64,000 bases of DNA from the NCBI RefSeq assembly GCF_009914755.1, contig NC_060932.1; one strand, written 5' to 3'. Under the pieces are notes generated by a model. That model was given only the letters and a program-made list of their open reading frames with translations, ran no database searches and was not told the origin of the DNA. Shown piece after piece: positions 41,496 through 61,306 of this stretch. Position 1 is the first letter of the stretch; each line of letters starts with the position of its first letter. A program made the translations under genes and the position numbers. The DNA is from the human T2T-CHM13v2.0 reference genome, Homo sapiens.

Positions 41496-43165
41496 AACAC
41501 TGTTAGTATCTCCATTTTTACAGATTAGGAAACTGTGACACCAAGAAGTTAAGAATTTGTCCAAGGCAACACATTTTGTAAGTGGTGGCACCAGACTCCC
41601 AGACAGGAATCTAGCCAAGGGCCTGAGAATCCACCATTAAGCTTTATTTTTAAACATAGTGGAAGGCTCTGCATGACAACACTGACAACATCATTTCAGT
41701 TCTGCTCATTACATTTAGAGGTGTGTGTCTAATGCATGCTAATCTCTTCTTTGAAACACCTAGGAAACAAAATTTAGGTCGAGTTGTACCTCATGTAGCT
41801 CCAAGATACTTCATTAGACAAGCAGCCCCTTCTCCAAGGCTTTGCTGCTATCTACCAAAAAACTGTCATTACAAAAGGACAAATGGCTGGTTCTGAGTCT
41901 GAAGGCACTTGCAGAACTGTGCTGTCCACATAGCAATAAGCAGTGCTCCCAAGTTCAAGAATCCTTTCAGTTATTACAGTAAGACGTATTTTGATATTTG
42001 CATGCATATAAAATTAATGAAATGCTTTATAGAAATGAAAATCTATGGATAATATGTCATTTTCTATGTAAATACCATCAAATTGGACTTTTTATTACCA
42101 AGTCCTCATTTCACGATTATGACTGACAAATGTGTGGCAATGATCCTCTTAAACATTTATATCTCAAAATTCCAGGAATTTTAAGCTATTTCCCTCTGCC
42201 CAAGAATGGACTTGAAACACTGCAAGCAGTTTTGTCTTCCATGAACATGACACAACCCACAAAATATTTATTATAGAGCAGGAAACCTCTTTAGTCTGCA
42301 TCTTTCAGCATTTTTCCTTTTCTTCTTTTATTTTTTCTTAAATTTTTGAATTTGTCGTCTTTTTCTTTCTTTAAAAATAGACCCTAGAAACAGATCCTTT
42401 TCTTCTTTTGTGGTGATTTGCCCTTCTAATTATCTAATTATGACTTAATTTAATCTAAATAAATCTAAATGTTTGGGTTTATTATCTGAATATTAAAGAT
42501 GAGAAGATAGGATTTGAACTCAGACCTGTTTGACTTCCAAATTCTGGTTTGCCCTACTATCCCGTAATGCCTCCTAGATGCCGATTAGTCTAAGCGGCTG
42601 CTCCACAAGGCTTTTAAGCATTCAAGAACTCTACTGGACCATTTGAGGGTCTGTTCTGGAGACAGACAGTGCTTCAAGTGCTGAGGGCTCAGGACTTCAC
42701 CCTCCCAGGAGGTACACACAGTACAAAGCCTAACAATTTGTCAGCACATAATCAATTGAAACCACACTCTAAAGTTAAATTAGTTCCTTCCAAATGGGGC
42801 AGACACGTGCTGACCAATTAAGAGGCCCAAAGACTTGGGAGTAGAGGATGAACAGGAATAAATTGAGAAATTATGCAGGAAAATTATTGAAGGAAGAATG
42901 AAGACGAGAATTCTCAATGCTAAGTTCTGGAAGATGCTGGAAGAGAACTGAATCCAAAACAAATATATTTATGTCAACTCATCATTGCTTACATTTTCTA
43001 GTCTAACAGAGCAGAACCATGAAATTGTTTGAAAAGTGAAAAGCCTCTTCTAAGTATACAAGCAGGGAGAGCATTAGGAATCGTAAATTAAAAGGACACA
43101 GGTCCTAGCAGAGAAGCAATGAAGCATTGGGGAAGAGGGTTTCTGGGGAATTTATGTGAACTTAC

Positions 43166-43329
43166 AGAACTGTGGTCTGCTGTGGTACCTGAGGAATGTG
43201 GTCCAGCATCAAGTGCATGCAGCGGACGGTGCTCTTAAAGCAAAGGCACCGGCTGGGGCAGGGCAACCCTGGCAGGCACCACCCGGCCAGGAGAAAGAGA
43301 GTGGTCCAGCAGAACAGTCTGGGCTCCAT
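43166..43329 (-). CDS. PXDNL: Peroxidasin-like protein, coding exon 1 (signal peptide plus LRR N-terminal cap)
   Basis: [55 protein letters not shown]; ATG in strong Kozak context (gcgATGG); CPxxCxC LRRNT motif; ends at a GTAAG donor, 164 nt (phase 2). Confidence 0.96.
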
Positions 43330-43620
43330 CGCTCCATTCGCTGCTGGCCACGCGAAGAAGCAGCCGGAGGGAGAGCAGCAGCCGCAGCTGCAGCAGCAAC
43401 CGCAGTGGTGGTGATGGTGGCTGCTGGACTGAGCCAAGTTTGGGAGCCGTGGTGGAAAGCAGCTCCCAGGGAAAGGACACCCCTCTGACCAATCCAGGAG
43501 GAGGGATATCACATTACAGGGCTGAGGGCACAAGCAGCTCTAGGAAGCACTAGACTCCCAGAGGCGAGGACGAGAAGCTTTTCAATGCAAAAGCCTCTTT
43601 CTAAAACACCGTGTTTTAGG
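43330..43620 (-). promoter_or_regulatory. PXDNL: PXDNL 5'UTR and proximal promoter; imperfect (CTG/CAG)-rich tract at about 43374-43426; CCAAT at 43489-43493
   Basis: GC-rich sequence upstream of the ATG; the TSS (around 43430) is inferred, not observed. Confidence 0.6.
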
Positions 43621-44442
43621 CAGCATAATGCAAACAAACTTTTCCAAAATTACTTCCACTGCGCATTTGATGAAAAACCCGACCTCTTAGCCTCCAGCTG
43701 TCCTCTTGAAGCCCAAGTTGATTAAGAATGTATTGAAACAATGCAGAACAGCTTTTCTTCTTTTTTATCTGGTAACATTACCAAACCCTAAAGGGCAGGC
43801 AGAGTTCTAATTCGTTCATCTAGGTGCACATATTCTTTCTTTATTCCAAACTATGCTCTTTAATAAAAATTGTTTCATTTCCTTCTATATATTCTGCTGC
43901 TGAAACCCAACACATTTCACTCATGTAAGACTCAAACGGGCTACTTCTGATTTCTTCTTTTAACGTTTAAATTTATATGCTTAAAACCATGAACTCACAT
44001 ACCTCCTTCAAGAGGATACAACTGATGGACAAACCTAAGTATGTATATGTAAAGTCAAACAGATGCAAGCTCCCTCAGGACACACTGGCAGCAGTGGTCT
44101 TGCTGGTTGCAGACTTTTCATCAGCAGTTTGAACTGGCCATCTTTCCCTGAAGTGAGCAGCACCTCGTTGAGGACGTGTCTGAAAACTTAATAAATATGA
44201 AAACATCTACTTTTTGGTCATTCTGTAAGCAGGTATTTTTAAACAGATTTTTGGCTTTATCTTTAAAGACTAACATTTTCAAACAAAAATGTTTTAAATC
44301 CATAAAAGTAATAGAAAACAAATTAAAACTTGCATGGTCAATCCCAGATGATCAGACTAGTAGACCAATCTTAAGAGGAAAATAAGTTCATCCTTGTCTC
44401 TGCAGAAATGTTTCAGTCCCTTTACATTCTACTGTAGGCGAA

Positions 44443-44460
44443 TACTGCCCTCTTTTGGCA
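44443..44460 (-). promoter_or_regulatory. Candidate CTCF motif
   Basis: Reverse complement TGCCAAAAGAGGGCAGTA resembles the CTCF core CCASYAGRKGGCRS. Confidence 0.4.
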
Positions 44461-44895
44461 AAATGTTCATATCTAAATATGTGATTTTGGGGAGATTAAA
44501 ATGTAAAAAGATCTAAAAAACAAAACTAATCTCCATGAACAAGAATGATTTATTTTAAACTTTACATTTGACATTGTTCACATGACTTTTATTGTCCAAG
44601 TATACCAATAAAGCCAAAAAACGAAATTTATTCCTTTAAATCCCCCCCAACAATCACTATGCTCTTGGCAGTGCCTGTGATTTGGAGGACATAGACAAGA
44701 CCTGCAGGTTTGTGCCTTGTTTGCAGTTCAAAATATAAAATACAAAAAATATAAATAATATAAAATATATAAAATACAAAAATATAAAAATATCTTGCAT
44801 TCATAAAGTAGACTTAAAAAGGGTAGGGACTCAAATATGTAAGTTCAGGAGGGAGAAAAAGGCAAGACATGCGGTTCTAAAAGTCATTGAGCTAA

Positions 44896-45291
<396 letters not shown>

Positions 45292-47823
45292 CATAAAGCA
45301 TTTTTTTTACAGAAAAAAAAATACAAAAAACTTTCCACTTTAGAAACCTAAACTTATGTTGAATGAAAAAAAAATCTACTGATTACCAACTGTCAGTACA
45401 GGACTAAGAACTGCAAGGCATGGCCCTGCTCAGGAAGTCCTTTTGGATAGTGACTTAGGACAACTTTCCAGCTGAAAACGACTAAATGCGCTAATTTATT
45501 AAAATACCTTTAAAATTGCATAAATGCATCAATGTGCTATTACTGAGGAAATCAGTAAGACATATACAAGAGTCCAAAAAATGAAGTGAACATAAGAAGC
45601 CAGCAAGGTGGGTAAACAATGAAGGCCGATGCAGCTTGAGACTGTTCAACCTGTGAAAAGAACTGCAGGAATTGGAGTAGCAGGGATACAGGAAAAAGAA
45701 AAGTCCTTTCTTATGAGAGAGTCTTATTTCAAAAATCTCCTGTATAAAGCCACAGCCATATCTTAAGGATGAACTAGAAATAATTCTGCCCCCTGCCTCC
45801 ACTTCCACCCACCCACCTACCTATACAACCCAGAAGACACAAGTAAAATGACCTATTTCAAAGCTTGCTACGGGGAGGCAGCAAACAAATCTTCCTGGAG
45901 GCGTGCTATCTCCAAAGTAGCCTTCACATGGATTTTTGGGCCACTCTACTTGGATGGCACAAAAAACTTTTAGGTGGAGCATTTAAAAAGGTCATAAGTT
46001 GGCAGTGCTCCTTGGCAAAAACAACCTGGGGCCTCTAATAATTCCCACAGTTTACAATACAAGCTCAGTCAAAACCCACAAAATACAAAAGAAACAGAAA
46101 CAGTGCTATGAAAGCTAGCCATCAAACCTTATGAACATGAGCCCACTTTGAGCGTTCACATACTGGAATCCAACATAGAATAGAATTAGGCAGTATGTTT
46201 ACAGAGTTGAACATATTAATAAAGAGTAGAAGACCATAAAAACAAACAGGCAGACTTGAAAACACAGAACTATAAACTAAAATACAACAAACATTAAAAC
46301 TCAATGTAAAGGTTTAACAGCAGATTTAAAGCAACTAAAGAGAAGATTCGTGATAAGAAGATATTATCTAAGGAAATCTAGATTTCAATGCTGAGAAACA
46401 TAAAGTTGAGACAACATTTGTAAGAAAGAACACAGCCAAGAATTTCTAGAACTGATGAAAGAGATGAACCCGCACAGCTACAAGAATAGGCAGAATAAAT
46501 GAAAAGAAATTCATACCCAGGCACATTATATCAAACTACAGAAAATTAACAGTGCCAAGACAAGAATATCAACAATGTCAAGATGAAATCTTTAAAGCAC
46601 ACAGAAGTAAAAGACAGATGACCTTCAAAGGAATGGCTGTCAGTTGACATAATAGCTACAATGAAAGCCAGAATGCAAAGAAATCATAATTCTTGTGTTT
46701 TAAAGTGTTGATTTAAAATTCTATAACAAATGGACATTTTTTTTCAAGAACAAAGTCAAAATAAAACATTTTCAGACAGAAAAAAATAAGAGTTAGCTAC
46801 AGTCTTTCATTAAAATAATTTGAAAAGATGTAATTTAGGCAAAAGGAAATTGAGATGGTCCAAAATGAAGAAGAAATAATGAGCAAAAAACAAGTGTAAG
46901 TGGGAGTAAAACTAAGCATTGGTTAGATAAATAATAGTTATGGTGTACCACAGGGGCTTAAAATTATATAGTTCAAACACAATAGACTAGCATATAATTT
47001 TGAGGTAATGACTCCAGAGTTTATCGAAGTATTCTAAAGTGGCTTGTATCAAGTAGGAAGAAACTAACTTTAGAAGTCTGTAAGTTAGGTGAGTGCATTA
47101 AAATGTCGAGAGTAATCACTGAGAGCAGAAAAAATAAATATATAACTTTCAAACTAATAATGGACAAAAAACGAAACAATAATCAATCCTAAAAAATGGA
47201 GGAAAAAAACTTGATAGATATATAGCACAAAATATCACTCTATAGTAACAATGAAAATGAAAAGAATGCAATGCTTCAAGTAAAATTCAAAGACTGCCAG
47301 AGTAACTTTTAAGAAACTCAGCTATATGTTGTTTATAAGAAACACACCTAAAACATAAGGATACAAAAAAGGTTGACAATAAGAATAGAAAGATATACTA
47401 GGTGACTACTCACCAAAAGAAAACTGCTAAATGAGTATCAGACAAAATAGACTTGGAAGCAAAGAATATTACTAAAGATAAAGAGTGCTCCTACATGATG
47501 TTAAAGGTTCAAATCACCAAATGGACATAATCCACATATTATCACACTGAAATAAAGCAAAAATCAAAAGAATTAACAAGAAAAAAACTGACATTCTACC
47601 ATCAAAATGAGAGTTTTTGCCAAGTCTCTCTCCACAGTTGATAGATGATGTGGGTACACACACAAATTTGCTTAGGCTATACTGAATTTGAACACAATTT
47701 TAACTCACTCAATTAGCATTAACAGAACACTACAATGAACATCTGAAGAACATTCTTTGTAAACACACCATGCTATTTACTTAAAAATGACCATACAAAG
47801 GCAGTAAAATAAGAAATAAGGCT

Positions 47824-49558
<1,735 letters not shown>

Positions 49559-51564
49559 AAGAAATAAGGCTGTTCTTGCTCATCACTATTCAGTTACACT
49601 GGAGGCCACAGCTGGCAAATCTGGTAAAATAAAAAAACCCAGAAGAAAAAAAATAAAACTGTCTAAAATTTATTCAAATATATGATTTCCTATACAGAAA
49701 ACCTAAAAGAATCAAAAGAGATAGTACTGGATTTAATCAATGTACAAAAACCAACAAAAGGAATAAAATACAATTTTAATAAACTACATCATTGAAAAAT
49801 ATAAAATATCTGCAACTAAATCTGACAAAAGATATTAGATCTTAGAGCCAAACCATACTTAATAAGTCCTAACTAAAAAAAAGAGAAGTACCATATTCAT
49901 GGACTGGAGGACTGCCTATCATAAACATGTTAATTCTTGCATAAACTGATCTATAAATTCAAAGTGATTCTCAAGGAACTCCCAAAGAAGAGTGTGTGTG
50001 TGTGCATGTATGTAATCTGAGAAGCCAATTCTGAAATTTAAAGTCTACAGTCTACAGGTTCAAGAAACTCCTAGCATATAAAGTGAAGGGATTTATCTTC
50101 CTAGATCAAGAATTATTGTAAATCTCCAGTAAATAAAATTGTGTAGTGTCGGCAACGGGTTATATAAACTGACTAATAAAACAAAAAAGAAAGCCTAGAC
50201 ACATAGCAAAAATATATGAAAACTTACGATAAAGTTAACACTGCAGATCAGAGAAGAAAAAAGAAACTTCAAAACATGGTCCTCAAACAGTTGATCAATA
50301 AAGTAAAAAAAAGAAACTGGACTATTAGTTCTCACCATACACAAACATCAATTCCAGCTATTGTGCAGATTTAAATGTGAAAGGCAAAATCACAGACCTT
50401 CTGTAAGAAAATATAGGTTAATATTTCCATGACCTTGAGACTGAGGGTGAAGGAAGATGAATCTGACAATTAAAATTGAAAATGTCAATTCATCAAAAAA
50501 CATCATAAACAGAGTAAGAAACCATAAACTGAGAAAAGATACTTACAACACATATAATTGACAGTGGAATATATCTAGACTGCAAAAGGAAATCCCACAA
50601 AACAATTTTTTAAAAGAAACTACCCAATAAAAAAATGTACAGAAGACTTGAACAGCACTTTGCAGAAAGGAATCCTAAAACCAAGAAACACTTGAAGATA
50701 AAACCCCCTTAATAAATAACCTTTATAAGTAACAAAGTCCCCTAAGAAGATACGTCACACTACTAAACAGGCAAAAGTCTGTCATGTGTAGGTGAAGATG
50801 TGGAATAACTGGGACATTTAGACATTGCTAGAAGAAACATACTGTTAAACTATTTTGGGAAGCAAATTTGCACCATCTAGGTAAAAGTGAATAGAAATGA
50901 TTTCCTATGACCCAGTAATTCTACTCCTAGATGTACACCCTAAGCAGACTCTCACACATGTAGTCACAAGACATATAAAAGAATGTTCACAACTGAACTA
51001 TTCGAGGGAACAAAAAATGTCCACCAACAGTAGAATAAACTGTGAAGTGTGAATGTAACAGAACAACATACGACATGGGGCAATCTCAGAAAGGTAATGT
51101 GAAAAAGAGAGCTGCTGAATGCGTACAGTAGGATCCTAGCATATATGAAGCCAAATACATTGTTTAGAGATGCAGGCAGGTGATTGAGAACAAAAAGGCA
51201 GATTATGATAAACACAAAATCCCTCCTCCTGAGAAGGGAGGGATTAAGATGTGGATGGGAAGGGGCACACAGGAGACTGTAAAGCTATTAGTTGAACCTA
51301 ATGGGTACACACACATGTACCTACATGTACACTAAATTATTTCTTATATTTCATGAATATTTTATAAATTTCCCTACCTATTTTATAAAAATAAATTTTA
51401 AAAAACTTCCATACTCTTCAGAAGTGGCAATAGTCAAAAGACAGTGAGATGTCCAAATAAAGACAATTGTATGCCATAATTGAGCATATCCATAGGTGTA
51501 CTGAGATTGCCTAAATTTAAAAAGAAGAAGACAAACATAAAAGTCAGGCCATGGGAGAAAAATG

Positions 51565-54326
51565 CTTAATTACATGTAATTGTTTATTTAAAATAATTTT
51601 CCAAGTCTTCCAATGATTTAACAGGCTTTGCTTCACTTTTATCATCTCAAACAGCTATAAATCAACACACTTTTTGTATTTTATTTTACTACTATGTATG
51701 CTATTTTAATAACATTTTTCTTTATTAATACTAGAACCAAATATATTGACCAATAAGCAGTATAGATTTAAATTATCTTCTTGGGTTGGTCTGAGGTTGC
51801 TGATGGATTCTTGGGATTGATCTGATGCTAGAAGCTATCTTAGGCCCTGTCTCTAACTCACTGTATGTTTCAGGCAAAACATGCCACGGTTCTAGGTCTG
51901 TTTTCTCATCTGCAAAATAAACACCCAAATTAGATGATACTTATTGTTTTAACTAGCTATAAAATTCCAATACTATATTCCCCATCATTTTCACTTACTT
52001 TTACTTAATCTTTATTTGCTACTTTTCCACCTATAAAGCGTAATTTTCCATATCAAGTAAACATAAATTCATTAAAAAATAAACACAAACCCAAAATATT
52101 CTTATTCTAATATATCTGCATTAATAGATAAAAAGGCTTTAGCTTTAATTTTCATTTTTCATTTCTACCTCTTAAAGTCAATGATAAACTCACAAGTGTA
52201 AAATGAATGCATTTAAAAACATAAAAGATACATTTCAATGACAAGAAATATGCAATGATCATGAAAATCTACTGTACACTTTGCCACGGTCAAAGAATGA
52301 AGGACAATATGGAAAAGCCAATCTTCAAATATATCCTTAACAAAAACTCTCTCCTGCATAGTAAAAGCATCATCTAAACAGCAGCTCCAACCAAAAAAAA
52401 AAAAAAAAAAAACAAGCAGGGGAGATGGGACAGATAACTTTCTCCAGGTTTTCCAGATAAAAACATGTGGTCACCAGGAATTCAAGGTAACTAGGTACTT
52501 CAAAAGCCACATTTAATTCAAAATAAAATGAGCATTTCTGACAGATGACAACAGTATGAAACTGATTTTTTTCTTTCCTAGATACAAAAATGATATGGGG
52601 CATTTCTTAACAGTTTAGTAATCGTCTAAGAATAATTGTAGAAATAACCCCAATTCCACCATCCCAGCCACTGGTATAAAACAAATACCTTCCATGAAAC
52701 TGTCTTTCACATAACTAAAATATCCTCACTTACTTGGAACAATTTCATGCTTACACATGATCACAAACATTTGTTTTTAGATGTTGTGGAATTACTGGAG
52801 CTGAGATTTCTGAAACAATATCTGAATCTTAGCAGAGAGATAATAATCCTTTCACTATACATTGCTTGGGCTTCCTTAACCAAATCTGAGTAACTACTGT
52901 AATAATAATGCTGGTGGTAGTCCATGATACTCTCAAATTTTTCCCTTTAAGAAATATATAATCCATGTAACTCTAGCAAATATGTTACATTGTACACTTT
53001 CTTAACAAGGAATGGCTGTTTTCAGGCCTTATTAGGAAAACAAACAAACAATGGCAGTTACTACCTGTTTTTTATCACTGATAAGCTAAAATAAAGCTCA
53101 AATATGGACAGTTTAACTGTGTGATATTAAGTAAAAAATGAAAACCATTATAGTTTTACCAAAAGAAACACAAAAAATATGGGAAGGAGTGAAATGAACA
53201 TGGCATAGGTCCCAAAGATTACACTATGATTCTGAACAGCATTTTCAAAACAAAGGGTATCTACATACAATTTCTGTGAATATTTCTTATACTAGATAGA
53301 TCAAAAGCAAATGTAGGCTCAGCCCTACCTTGTCAAAGATAAATATTCAGATAAACTAGAAGTTCCATCTGCTAAAGTGCATCCGCTGACCAGGTCTACC
53401 CTGGCCCTGCTACTTACAGCCATCCAAGAAAGTGGCCTCACTCATGCTCATTCACTCGTTCTGTGTCCTATCAAGAGTCACACATAACAATGGTTTTGCT
53501 TTTTTTAAAAAACCAAATACTTTATACAGTGAACTACAGAAAAAACAATTCTAAATATACTTTTAAAATTCTATAGAGTTATTTTTTTAAATACTGAAAA
53601 TGTAAAGGGTCCATATAAAGAGTTGTATTAAGTATAGACTTTGTTTTAATAATTCACTTGCTGTGCTCTTAAAATCTCTATGAGAGAGGCAGATATTTTA
53701 CCCATGTCTTTTGGCAAGAGATTCAAAAGCAAAAGTAGCAGGGCTGTAAAATTTCATAAAATTTGTGGGATTTTTTAAAGCTAAATTATTCAATATCTTG
53801 TATTGTTATTGCACTCATATATTGCCCGGAATATATATACAGCAACCCAACAACAGTGATTGCAACAAAAGTAAGGTAAATAGTCTACAAAGCATTTGAC
53901 TTCCTTATTAGATAAATGAAGTTTTCATAGAGGAAATGCAAACAACTGCAATTCAGATCAGGTTATATAAGCTTAACAATTATTTAAACCATATATAAAA
54001 TTAAATCTAAACCTCATCACTACAAATCTGTAAGGAATCAGAAAAGGATTTATAGTACACAAGTCTTGACTACTGTTGCATTCCACTTTGAAATCACTCT
54101 GAGCTAAAACAACATTTTTCCAAGATTTAAAGAAAAATAGATTTTATAAAAGGGATTCTTTTATTCACTGAATACATCATTTGTGTTACTGACAGAAACA
54201 AGTGATTTTTTTTTCCACTATAATTTGCTCTGATGAAAGAAATAATTCTCTCTTTTAACTCCTAACAAATGCTACATTTTCAAGACTAAAGGAATTATCA
54301 GTAGGCATTTTTCTTCTTGATCTAAG
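51565..54326 (-). other. PCMTD1: PCMTD1 3'UTR (~2.8 kb)
   Basis: Repeat-free AU-rich sequence downstream of the TAA stop, ending after the AATAAA at 51583-51588; exact cleavage site inferred. Confidence 0.75.
51583..51588 (-). terminator. PCMTD1: Distal polyadenylation signal AATAAA of PCMTD1
   Basis: Plus strand tttatt; U/GU-rich sequence follows on the minus strand. Confidence 0.65.
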
Positions 54327-54694
54327 TTATTTGTCTCTAAAATATGTCAAGTAAGCTTTTAAAGATTCAGGGAGGGGCAGCTTCATGATTTTTTCTCTCA
54401 GTAAATTTTGAGGTGGCTCCTCTGGCTTCATTGCTTCATTGTGATCTTTTTCCTCCTCTTCTTTGATATCCTCTTCCATTTTTTCATCCTCTTCACTGTC
54501 TAGAGGCTGAGGAATAAGCTGATTACCCACAAATACGTAAGTGTTAATTCTCTGTTTAACTCTCTTTCTTTTCCTTTTGGGTGGAGCCCTTTGAGGAATC
54601 CCCTTGGCCTGCATCTCATCATTTATGAAATTTCTAAGTGTGCGTCGAATGTAAATACGAGCCAAGTCCTGTAGATTCCTGACAGCACAGGGAG
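54327..54694 (-). CDS. PCMTD1: Protein-L-isoaspartate O-methyltransferase domain-containing 1, terminal coding exon
   Basis: Acceptor ttatgtttgtttttAG|; encodes PCAVRNLQDLARIYIRRTL...KLPLPESLKAYLTYFRDK*; BC-box-like and LPLP Cul5-box motifs; basic KRKRKR and acidic stretches; 368 nt, phase-1 acceptor. Confidence 0.96.
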
Positions 54695-55118
54695 CTAAAA
54701 ACAAACATAAAACGCAAGAAAGAAAATATTAACAATAAAACATTATCTATTGTTTATTTTTTTTCATAGAACAAAATGTGTTTCTTAGCATATTTTAGAA
54801 AATACAGAAAATATGAAAACTCTACCTTTCATCTAACAAAGGTTTTGGAGTAGTCATTATATGCCAAGGACCGATGGATGGCACTGAAGTTAAAATGTAC
54901 AGGGGCATGTGTGTGTGTCTGTGTGTTGGCATTTATATGCATAAAAGTTCTCTGGAAGCATAAGAATTTGGAAACAGGGTACATGACTGTGAAGTAATTA
55001 GGAGACAAGACCAGGAGAGAGACTATCCTGTGTATCTTTTATACTTTTTGATGTATAAATCATATGAAAAGTACTACTTATTCATAACAACAGATGTGAG
55101 ATCCCATCCCCTATGAAG

Positions 55119-55417
<299 letters not shown>

Positions 55418-55711
55418 CTCTACATGTAAAAATACACAAAAACCATCTGCTCTGCCCATCTTCCAAAATTGTTCACTAAGTTATTTAACATTCATCATCA
55501 AGTAAGTATTAACCTATATCTGCCAGGCACTGTTAAAGAACCCATGCAGACACACTGGATGATTTAGACTACCAAGTCTGCACTCCCTGCACTTATGCAA
55601 CTTGCATAATCAGGGAGGAGTTGCTAAACAAAAATCAATTATAAAGAAGAAAAATAAGGAATACAAGAAAAAAATCAAAACGCCAATGATATGATAGAAA
55701 GTGGGGTTCTG

Positions 55712-56800
<1,089 letters not shown>

Positions 56801-56922
56801 AGAGTGAAGAATAAATCTACCCTAAAGTTTTAGAAATTATAAAGGAGCTAGGAAATAGAAACTATATCAGTCTTTTCCGCTGATCTTGGCTCTTGAATTT
56901 TTCTGTTACTGGTATTCTCTGT

Positions 56923-56987
56923 CAACACTGTAATTATGTTCTTCCTTTGCCAATACTGTAATTATGTTCTTCCTTTGCCAACACTGT
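56923..56987. repeat. 28-bp tandem repeat, 2.3 copies
   Basis: caa(c/t)actgtaattatgttcttcctttgc x2 plus caacactgt. Confidence 0.9.
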
Positions 56988-57143
56988 GTACTATTCCAGC
57001 GATGTATCTTTCAATCCTAAATCATCAGAGGAATACCAGAAATTTATCAAGACCAACTGGACCCAGCATGGAAAAAGATTCAGACTTGACTTCAGTAGCT
57101 GCTAACACTCAGGACTCCTAAAGTAGCATTCATGTGAGCTTCA

Positions 57144-57457
<314 letters not shown>

Positions 57458-57636
57458 AAAAGTTCTTTTGAATGACACAAAACCTTTTAGATAAGTCTCA
57501 GTCCTAATTATTTAAACATCCTCCATATTGTCTATTCCTTAACGGTCTCATTTCCAATGCCTCCAGTTATGAGATTAGGATTTAACAGATAAGACAATAC
57601 TAATCCTGACTGCTAGGAAAACTTATTTTAAATTTA

Positions 57637-60189
<2,553 letters not shown>

Positions 60190-60951
60190 ACTTTTACTCC
60201 AAAACTACAGTTCAGGTTATCTCTAACACACACATTAGGCTCCATTTGTTTCCCAAAAGGTAGGCTGTATGTAGATTGTATAGGAGCCTAGGAGTCAGAA
60301 ATCATTTTTGTTAACAAAGATTGAAAACGGCATTTTATTTACGTTGAACCATATAAAACTAATGATTTGGGGGTCTTTTATGACCTTCAAAAACAGCAAC
60401 TTCATATAGCTCAATGTGATATAGTCCCAAAATTTATGAAGTCTCTTATGCCCCTGAACTTTAAACAATGCATCTTTCTTTTTAGAATGTCTTCTCCTCA
60501 ACCCCAAACAAAAAAACCACAGAAAGAAATAGGATTTTTAAATGTAATAAAATTAGTGGTGAATGAAGATGAAAAATTATGACTCCACTTTAGTAAGTTG
60601 TTTAATATGAGCAACTTGATTACTACAAGATACATTTGGCAAATAATTTATATATATATTATTTTTGGGATTTTTGGAGTCGCGTTCTTTCATATTTTAA
60701 TTTCCTGCAATTAAGGAATAATGTCCTCTCAACAGAAAGCTATTTTAACTTACTTCTACACACCCACAAAAACTTATTCTCCATACATCCTATTAAATTT
60801 TGGCAAATATCAATTTTCAAAACTATTTTCATGCTCTGAATATTACTATATGAAGCTTTTATTTTTTAGAAATTCACATAATTCCTGACTTATTTTTATA
60901 AGTTACTGTTGGTTACTGATGACTTTTCTCCTTATTGTAGAATTTCAAGTA

Positions 60952-61306
60952 CAGTAGTCTCCCTTTATGCACAGTTTCACTTTCCACGGTTTCCGCTTTC
61001 TATGGTCAACCAAGGTCTGAAAATATTAAATGGAAAAATTGAGAAATAAGCAATTCATATGTTTTAAATTGTGAGCTGTTCTGAGTAGTGTAGTATAATT
61101 GCATGCTATCCTGCCTGGGATGTGAATCACCCCTCTGTCTACCATTTCCTCACCATACATACCACCCACCTGTTAGTAACTTAGCAGCTGCCTCAGTTAT
61201 CAGATAAAAACACATAATATATATACAGGATTTTGTACTATTTGCAGGCCCAGGCATCCCCTGGAGGGTAATGGAACATACCCCCAAGGAAAAGGAGGGA
61301 TGACTG
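60952..61306 (+). mobile_element. MER44A-like TcMar-Tigger element
   Basis: TA|cagtagtc...gatgactg|TA termini. Confidence 0.75.

Noticed and set aside
43330-43533. In-frame open extension upstream of the PXDNL ATG ([18 protein letters not shown], metal-binding-like)
   Set aside because: No in-frame ATG; His/Cys runs derive from the trinucleotide-rich 5'UTR; an extension would displace the signal peptide
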